Shown here: piece after piece, positions 57,682 through 64,000 of the stretch
Layout of the letters: each line of letters opens with the position of its first letter
Position numbering within the stretch: position 1 is the first letter of the stretch
Origin: Candidatus Latescibacterota bacterium
GTDB taxonomy: Bacteria > Latescibacterota > UBA2968 > UBA8231
Assembly: GCA_965248355.1 (NCBI GenBank)
Contig: OZ252098.1
Location: 1,984,001-2,048,000 of the forward strand
Direction of reading: 5' to 3'
DNA length: 64,000 nt
Made by a program: the position numbers and the translations under genes
The notes under the pieces: generated by a model
Told to the model about the DNA's origin: nothing
Databases searched by the model: none
What the model saw: only the letters and a program-made list of their open reading frames with translations

Positions 57682-59430
57682 CTACTCGTACAGCTCCACG
57701 GCCGTCTCGCCGCGGGCGAAGCGCTGCGCCGTGGCCGCCGCCGACTGGCTGCCGATCTGCCGGCGCGTGTCCGCCGCCCAGCGCGACAGCCCGACGAGCA
57801 GCTGGTTGCGGGCCGGGTGGCCGGCGCAGCGCTCCCACTCGTCGAAGACCGTGCGCAGGGTGTGCAGCAGGTTCCAGCCGTTGTCGTCGTTCAGGATGGC
57901 CCGGCCCAGCTCGCGCAGCAGGCGGTCGCCGTCGTGGCCGGCGCCCAGGTATTCCCGCGTCATGCGGCCGATGCGCCGCACCTGGATCGACTCGATGGCC
58001 TCCACGATGCGCTCCAGGGCGGCGTCCTCCTCCCCGGGGGCGGCTTCGGGACCGTCGGCCGCCTCCGCCTCGCCGAGCCGGCGCTGCGGGATGTTCAGCC
58101 AGCGGTCGTCGAAGAACTGCCAGGCCGCGTGGTACAGGGCCCGCCGCGCCGCTCCCGCCCCGGCGCGGCGGTTGACGGTGCGCACCGCCGAGGCCAGCGA
58201 CATCTCCCAGGCCAGGCCCCCCCACCCCGGGCTCATGCCCACGGGGGTGCGGGCCATGCGGTCGGCGGCGAGCATGACCATCGACGTGGCCAACTGCTCG
58301 ACGCCGGCCCCCTCCTTCAGGGCCCGGGTCACCGCGTCGAAGGCGGTGCGCACGTTGCCGCTCACCAGTCCCTCGACGAAGGCGGCCTCGTCGTAGTCGC
58401 CGGCGGCCTCGTCCGGGTCGTCGGGGATCGGCGTCTCCACGAACATCTCCATGGCCTCGCGCAGCAGGTCGCCGGGCACGCCCCGGCCGCGGCCGAGCAT
58501 CTTCGCCGCCGTGTTGCACACCAGCTCCTCGCCGATCTCCCAGCCGAACTCGTCGAGCAGCTCGATGAGGTAGCCCAGGTTCCTCAGGTTGTCGCGCATC
58601 CCGATGAAGTGGGGGGCCACGGCGCACTCGAAGAGCAGCGGCGTGATGTCCTCGTCGTGGCCGCCCTGGCCGCGGAGGGTGAGCAGGCACTTCTCGATCC
58701 CCTCCCACATCTTGTCCTCGGAGAAGTAGCGCACCCAGCCGGCGAGCTTGTCGTAGGGCACCGCCCCTTCGGAGGAGACCGGCGGCAGGGCCCGGGGCGG
58801 CGGCCGGTCGCCGGCGCGCCCCGAGGCGGCCGTGGCGGCCATCATCAGGGGGATGAGCCGCTCCTCCGGCTCGTAGCGCCGGGCCACGGCGAGGCCATTG
58901 ACGAACTGGGCCACCTCGTTGCCCGCCTCGCGGGCGTCGAGCTGGGTCGCCGCGTAGCGCCCCATGTGGCGCACGAGTCTCTCCAGGGTCTCGCGCTCGG
59001 AGACGCCGCGGGCCAGCAGGATGGCGATCGCCTTGGACAGGGTCCAGCTGTCGCCGTTGTTCAGGCCCTCCTCCAGCAGCAGGAAGTGGGCGTCGTCGCG
59101 CCTGGAGCCGCCGCTCTTGACGTTGACGTGGATCTCGCCGCCGCGCACCTCGACGGGATAGGTGTCCAGGTCGTCGCAGCCGCCGGTGAAGCAGCCGCCG
59201 CCGCCCAGGTCGTAGCTGTATCCGTGCCAGTCGCAGGTGAGCACGCCGTTGCGCACGATGCCGCGGGTGAGGGGGTAGCCCATGTGCGGACACTGGTTGT
59301 CGGTGGCGTAGTACCGGCCCTGGTGCTGGAAGAGGGCCACGCTGCGGCCCTCGACGCGGACCGCCTTCGGCCGCCCCTCGTCCACCTCATCCACGGAAGC
59401 AACCCTCGTGAAGTCTCCATTCGTGCTCAT
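57682..59430 (-). CDS. Rieske [2Fe-2S] domain protein with large helical C-terminal region (paralog 2)
   Basis: CPH...CDWH Rieske ligands in an N-terminal NirD-like domain; 582 aa; ATG overlaps the upstream stop. Confidence 0.88.
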   Translation of the reverse strand: MSTNGDFTRVASVDEVDEGRPKAVRVEGRSVALFQHQGRYYATDNQCPHMGYPLTRGIVRNGVLTCDWHGYSYDLGGGGCFTGGCDDLDTYPVEVRGGEIHVNVKSGGSRRDDAHFLLLEEGLNNGDSWTLSKAIAILLARGVSERETLERLVRHMGRYAATQLDAREAGNEVAQFVNGLAVARRYEPEERLIPLMMAATAASGRAGDRPPPRALPPVSSEGAVPYDKLAGWVRYFSEDKMWEGIEKCLLTLRGQGGHDEDITPLLFECAVAPHFIGMRDNLRNLGYLIELLDEFGWEIGEELVCNTAAKMLGRGRGVPGDLLREAMEMFVETPIPDDPDEAAGDYDEAAFVEGLVSGNVRTAFDAVTRALKEGAGVEQLATSMVMLAADRMARTPVGMSPGWGGLAWEMSLASAVRTVNRRAGAGAARRALYHAAWQFFDDRWLNIPQRRLGEAEAADGPEAAPGEEDAALERIVEAIESIQVRRIGRMTREYLGAGHDGDRLLRELGRAILNDDNGWNLLHTLRTVFDEWERCAGHPARNQLLVGLSRWAADTRRQIGSQSAAATAQRFARGETAVELYE

Positions 59431-61211
59431 GGCTGCGTCGGCTCCTCGTCGGCGAATACGTCGATGGTGGTGAGCCCCTCGGCGAAGCGCAGGGCCGTGG
59501 TCGTGGCGGCGCCACTGGCCTTGCTGGTGCGCACGTCGGTGGCGTACCTCGCCAGACCGGCCACCAGCTGGACCGCGGCCGGGTGCCCGGCGCCGAGGGC
59601 GGCGTCGGAGCCCCGGGTGCGGGCGAACTCGTCGACCACCGTGCACAGCGTCGGCAGCAGCCGGGCGCCGGTGTCGTTCCACAGGATGAGCACCCCCAGC
59701 CGGTGCAGCAGGAGATCGGCGTCGAAGCCGGCGGCCAGGTAGGCGGCGGCGCTCTCGCCGGCGGCGTGAACGTCGAGGGTCTGCACCCCCCTGGCCACCT
59801 CCTCGACGCCCTCCGCGGCCGAGGAGACCGCCAGCGGCGCGGCCTCCGGGGGAGGGGAGAGGGGCCGGGCGGGGATGTTGAGCCAGCGGTCGGCAAACAG
59901 ATGCCAGGCCGCGTGGAACAGCCCCATGGCGGCGACCCGGGGACCGCCGATGCGCAGCGCCGTGCGCAGCGACCGGGCCAGGTCGAGCTCCAGGGTGAGG
60001 CAGTTCCAGCCGGCGTCGACGTTGACCGGCGTGCGCGCCATGCGGTCGGCGGCCACCAGCAGGAAGGTGGTGATCAGGCGCTCGAGGGAGACCCCGGACC
60101 GCAGCACCCGGGCCAGGGAATCGAAGGACCGCTCCAGGTCGCCGCTCAGCAGGTCGGCGGCCAGGGCGTCCTCGTCGAACTCGAGCCCGTCCCCCGGCGA
60201 GTCGGACGCCTGGTCGATGACGCCGCCGAGGTCGCGCATCTTGCGGATGGCGTCGCGGCGGAACAGCTCCGGCTCGCCGCGGCCCTGGCCCACGGTGCGG
60301 GACCCGAGGTTGAGGACCAGCTCCGACGACGCGTCCCAGCCGAAGCGGTCCACGACCTCGGCCAGGCAGGCCAGGGTGACGAGGTTCTCGCCGAAGCCGA
60401 GGAACCCCGGCTGCGCGGCGCACTCGAAGAGCAGCGGCAGGATGCGCCCCGTGTCGCCGCGGGAGCGGGCCGTGAACAGGCAGCGCTCGATGCGGTTGGC
60501 CTGGCCGTTGCGCGAGAACACGCGCACCCAGTCGTCGATGCGCTCCCCGGTGACCGGCTCGGGCAGGGGCACCACCTGCAGCCTCGACGCCGCCCCCCCG
60601 GAAGCCGCGGTGGCCGCCGTGGCCAGACAGGCGAGGTGGTCGGCGCCCTCGTAGCGGTCGGCCACCGCCAGGCCGCCCACCAGCCGCGCCAGGTCGGCGC
60701 CCGCCTCGGAGCCGCCCGAGCTGGCCACGCGCCGGCCGAAGTGCCGCAGCACCACGGCGACGATCTCCTCCCGCGGCACCCCGCCCCGCGACAGCAGGGC
60801 CAGGGCCTTGGAGATCGTCCAGCGGTCGCCGTGCAGAAGCCCCTCGCGCAGCAGCTCGAGATGCACCTCCTTGCGCCGGTATCCCTCCTCCTCCACCTGG
60901 ATCCACACCTGGCCGCCGGCGCGGACCTCCACCGGAAAGACGGCCAGGTCGTCGCACATGTTGTTGAAGCAGCCGCCGGCCTCCAGGTCGAAGCGGCGGC
61001 CGTGCCAGTCGCAGGTGAGCACGCCGTTGCGAACGACCCCGCGCGTGAGGGGGTAGCCCATGTGGGGGCACTGGTTGTCCGTGGCGTAGATGCGCCCCCC
61101 CTCGTTGAAGAGGGCCACGCTGCGCCCCTCCTCGCCGAGGCGCACCGCCCTGGCCTGGCCGGGAGCGATCTCCCCCACCGCGGCCACCTGCATCCAGCCG
61201 TTCTCCGTCAT
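59427..61211 (-). CDS. Rieske [2Fe-2S] domain protein with large helical C-terminal region (paralog 1)
   Basis: CPH...CDWH; 594 aa; similar to the neighbour along its whole length. Confidence 0.88.
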   Translation of the reverse strand: MTENGWMQVAAVGEIAPGQARAVRLGEEGRSVALFNEGGRIYATDNQCPHMGYPLTRGVVRNGVLTCDWHGRRFDLEAGGCFNNMCDDLAVFPVEVRAGGQVWIQVEEEGYRRKEVHLELLREGLLHGDRWTISKALALLSRGGVPREEIVAVVLRHFGRRVASSGGSEAGADLARLVGGLAVADRYEGADHLACLATAATAASGGAASRLQVVPLPEPVTGERIDDWVRVFSRNGQANRIERCLFTARSRGDTGRILPLLFECAAQPGFLGFGENLVTLACLAEVVDRFGWDASSELVLNLGSRTVGQGRGEPELFRRDAIRKMRDLGGVIDQASDSPGDGLEFDEDALAADLLSGDLERSFDSLARVLRSGVSLERLITTFLLVAADRMARTPVNVDAGWNCLTLELDLARSLRTALRIGGPRVAAMGLFHAAWHLFADRWLNIPARPLSPPPEAAPLAVSSAAEGVEEVARGVQTLDVHAAGESAAAYLAAGFDADLLLHRLGVLILWNDTGARLLPTLCTVVDEFARTRGSDAALGAGHPAAVQLVAGLARYATDVRTSKASGAATTTALRFAEGLTTIDVFADEEPTQP

Positions 61212-61234
61212 TCTCTTCCTCTCCTCTTCTCCGG

Positions 61235-64000
61235 TCAGTGGGCGTCCAGCCAGGTCTCGCCGGTGCCCATTTCCACCACGATGGGAACGTCCATGGGAAT
61301 CGCTTCCTTCATCTCCCGGGCCACGACCTCCCGCACCTCCTCCTCCTCGTCGCGGTAGAGGTCGAAGAGCAGCTCGTCGTGCACCTGCAACAGCATCCTC
61401 GTCTTCCAGCCTCGCTCCACCTGCTGATGGTGGATGGCCACCATGGCGCGCTTGATCATGTCCGCCGCCGTGCCCTGGATCGGCGAGTTGATGGCGTTGC
61501 GCTCGGCGGCGGCGCGCACGGGCCGGTTGCGCGAGTGGATGTCCTTGAGATAGCGGCGGCGGCCGAGGAGGGTCTCCACGTACCCGTGCTCGCGGCAGAA
61601 CTCGATCGTCTCGTCCATGTAGCGGCGCACGCCGGGGTACTCGTCGAAGTACTGCTCGATGAACTGCTGCCCCAGCTTGCGCGGCAGGCCCAGCCGCTCG
61701 GACAGGCCGAAGGCGGAGATGCCGTAGATGATGCCGAAGTTCACCGTCTTCGCCTGGCGCCGCATCTCGTCGTCGACCATCTCCGGGGGCACCCCCCAGA
61801 TGCGCGAGGCCGTCACCGCGTGGATGTCCTCCCGCTCGCGGAAGGCCCGGTTCATGCGCTCGTCGCCGCAGATCTGGGCGATGATGCGCAGCTCGATCTG
61901 CGAGTAGTCGGCGGCCAGCAGGGTGTACTCCGGCCCGCCCGGCACGAAGGCCTTGCGGATCTCGCGCCCCTGCTCGGTGCGGATGGGGATGTTCTGGAGA
62001 TTCGGGCCGCTCGACTGCATGCGGCCGGTGGCGGCCACGGCCTGCTCGTAGTGGGTGTGGACGCGTCCGGTGCCGGGGAAGATCGCCCCCGGCAGCATGT
62101 CGAGGTAGGTCGACTTCAGCTTGGTGCACAGCCGGTGCTCGAGGATCCTGGCGGCGATCTCGTGCTCGTGGGAGAGGCGCGTGAGCACCATCTCGTCGGT
62201 CTTGTACTGCTTCGACTTCGAGGTGCGGCGGGCGTTGGGATCGAGCTGCAGCTTCTCGAAGAGGATGTTGCCGAGCTGCTGGGGCGAGTTGAGGTTGAAG
62301 GGCTCGCCCGCCAGCTCCTCGATGCGCCGCGCCGAGGACTCGATACGGGCCGCCAATTCGTCGGAGATCGTCTTGAGGATGGCGGGATCGACGCGGATGC
62401 CGGCGTGCTCCATGGCCGCCAGCACCGGGATCAGCGGCGCCTCGGCCTCCTCGTAGACCCGTTTCTGCCCCGACTCATCCAGCATGGGCTCCAGCTTGCG
62501 GCTCAGCTGCAGGGCCACGTCGGCGTCCTCCACGGCGTACGCGGTGAGCTCCTCGAGGGGCACGTCGCGCATGCTGCGCTGATCTTCGCCGCGCTCGCCG
62601 ATCAGGTCGGTGATGGGCACCGGCTTGTACCCGAGCAGAGCCTGCGACAGGTAGTCGAGAGAGCGGCGCAGGTCGGGCACGGCGAGGAAGGCGGCCACCA
62701 TGGTGTCGAAGAGATGGCCCCGGACCTCGATGCCGTGCCAGCGCAGGGCCACCAGGTCGAACTTGAGGTTGTGGCCGATCTTGGCCACCGACGGATCCTC
62801 GAGAACGGACCGCAGCTCCTCGAGGACGGCGCGGCCTTCCTCCTCGTCCTGCGGGAAGGGGACGTAGGCGCCCGCATGAGGGGTGTGGCTCACCGCCAGG
62901 CCGAGCAGCTCGCAGGTGCGCGGGTTGAGGCTCGTGGTCTCCAGATCGAGGGCGAAGGCGCCGGCCTGCCGCAGCTCGGCGATCAGGGCGGCGCGGCCGG
63001 CGGTGTCCTCGACGGTCCGGTAGTCGTGGTCCACGTCGGCGATGGAGCGGACCTCGTGGGGCTCCTCGACGCCGGCCATCATCCGCTGCACGCCGGCCTC
63101 GAAGTCGTCGCCGAAGAGGCGCTTGCCGAGAGCGTTGAACTCCAGCTCCGAGAACAGGCCGGTGAGGACCCTGTCGTCGGCGGGGCCCCGCTTGAGAGCC
63201 TCGATCTCCAGCTCCAAGGGCACCTCGGTCTCGATGGTCACCAGCCGCTTGGAGAGCAGGGCCTGGTCGGCGTGCTCCTGCAGGACCTGGCGGCGCTTGC
63301 CCTTGATCTCCTGCACGCGGTCGAGGAGCTGCTCCACGGTGCCGAAGTCGGCCACCAGCTTCTGGGCCGTCTTCTCGCCGATACCGGGCACGCCGGGCAC
63401 GTTGTCGATGGCGTCGCCCATGAGCCCGAAGAGGTCGGGGATCTGCTCGACGCGCTCGATCTTCCACTTGGCCCGCACCTCCTCCTCGCCCAGCAGCTCC
63501 GGGGGCCGGCCGGAACGGCCCGGGCGGTAGAGCAGGGTCCGGGGCGAGACGAGCTGGGCGAAGTCCTTGTCGGGGGTGACCATGTAGGTCGTCATGCCCG
63601 CCGTCTCGGCGCGGCGCGCCAGGGTCCCGATGACGTCGTCGGCCTCCCAGCCGTCGACGCGCACCACGGGGATGTTGAACCCCTCGAGGACGCGGAAGAC
63701 GTAGGGCATGGCCGTGCCCAGATCCTCGGGCATGCTCTCCCGCTGGGCCTTGTACTCGGCGAACTCCTCGTGCCGGTAGGTGGGCTCGCCGGTGTCGAAG
63801 ACGGCCGCCAGGTGGGTGGGCTCGAAGCGCTCCAGAAGCTCCAGCAGGGTGTTGGTGAAGACTAAGGGCGCCGAGGTGTTCATCCCCCGGGAGTTGGTCA
63901 CCGGGTTGTTGATGAGCGCGAAGTGGGCGCGGTAGGCCAGGGCGAGACCGTCGAGGAGGCAGAGCACCTTGCGGTCCTCGAGGTCGAGCTCGCCCGTGCG
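61235..64000 (-). CDS. polA: DNA polymerase I (5' end probably beyond the window)
   Basis: 5'-3' exo (LDG...YRA.FA, EADD, DKD, D..DN.PGV.GIG.KTA), 3'-5' exo (DLET) and pol motifs DYSQIELR, K.VNFG..YG, QVHDEL. Confidence 0.98.
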   Translation of the reverse strand, partial: RTGELDLEDRKVLCLLDGLALAYRAHFALINNPVTNSRGMNTSAPLVFTNTLLELLERFEPTHLAAVFDTGEPTYRHEEFAEYKAQRESMPEDLGTAMPYVFRVLEGFNIPVVRVDGWEADDVIGTLARRAETAGMTTYMVTPDKDFAQLVSPRTLLYRPGRSGRPPELLGEEEVRAKWKIERVEQIPDLFGLMGDAIDNVPGVPGIGEKTAQKLVADFGTVEQLLDRVQEIKGKRRQVLQEHADQALLSKRLVTIETEVPLELEIEALKRGPADDRVLTGLFSELEFNALGKRLFGDDFEAGVQRMMAGVEEPHEVRSIADVDHDYRTVEDTAGRAALIAELRQAGAFALDLETTSLNPRTCELLGLAVSHTPHAGAYVPFPQDEEEGRAVLEELRSVLEDPSVAKIGHNLKFDLVALRWHGIEVRGHLFDTMVAAFLAVPDLRRSLDYLSQALLGYKPVPITDLIGERGEDQRSMRDVPLEELTAYAVEDADVALQLSRKLEPMLDESGQKRVYEEAEAPLIPVLAAMEHAGIRVDPAILKTISDELAARIESSARRIEELAGEPFNLNSPQQLGNILFEKLQLDPNARRTSKSKQYKTDEMVLTRLSHEHEIAARILEHRLCTKLKSTYLDMLPGAIFPGTGRVHTHYEQAVAATGRMQSSGPNLQNIPIRTEQGREIRKAFVPGGPEYTLLAADYSQIELRIIAQICGDERMNRAFREREDIHAVTASRIWGVPPEMVDDEMRRQAKTVNFGIIYGISAFGLSERLGLPRKLGQQFIEQYFDEYPGVRRYMDETIEFCREHGYVETLLGRRRYLKDIHSRNRPVRAAAERNAINSPIQGTAADMIKRAMVAIHHQQVERGWKTRMLLQVHDELLFDLYRDEEEEVREVVAREMKEAIPMDVPIVVEMGTGETWLDAH

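Noticed and set aside
27002..64000. fpg, nfo, recJ and polA as a DNA repair island linked to the ECF-clamp gene
   Set aside because: They are ordinary housekeeping genes spread over 37 kb, and I saw no shared upstream motif

Overview
A very GC-rich (roughly 70% by eye), gene-dense bacterial chromosome segment with about 65 CDS. I saw no rRNA, tRNA, CRISPR array or recognisable mobile element. The gene content (short RpoD-like sigma, rsmB-PASTA-rpe, many PhyH, enolase-superfamily and CehA-type catabolic enzymes) suggests an FCB-group lineage such as Latescibacterota; this is inference only. From left to right: the edge of a polysaccharide locus; a 13-kb catabolic enzyme cluster; an irregular Mrp Na+/H+ antiporter operon (E-F-G-B'-B-C-D-D-x-D); DNA repair genes (fpg, nfo, recJ, polA); a lipoprotein/L,D-transpeptidase module; the ffh-rpsP-rimM-trmD-rplS cluster; and tandem Rieske-helical proteins upstream of amtB-glnK. 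The top finding is an ECF sigma factor (47247-48656, minus strand) whose C-terminal ~280 aa align by eye with domains II+III of the DNA polymerase III beta sliding clamp. It keeps the peptide-pocket motifs (VACDGARL, LLMPMRL) and has an internal SD+ATG at the junction. Other notable items: a seven-repeat FDGRY propeller inserted into a LamG domain, a possible Lpp-like lipoprotein/transpeptidase module, paired Rieske proteins linked to nitrogen genes, two enolase-family enzymes sharing an unusual C-terminal domain, and two deletion-type pseudogenes.
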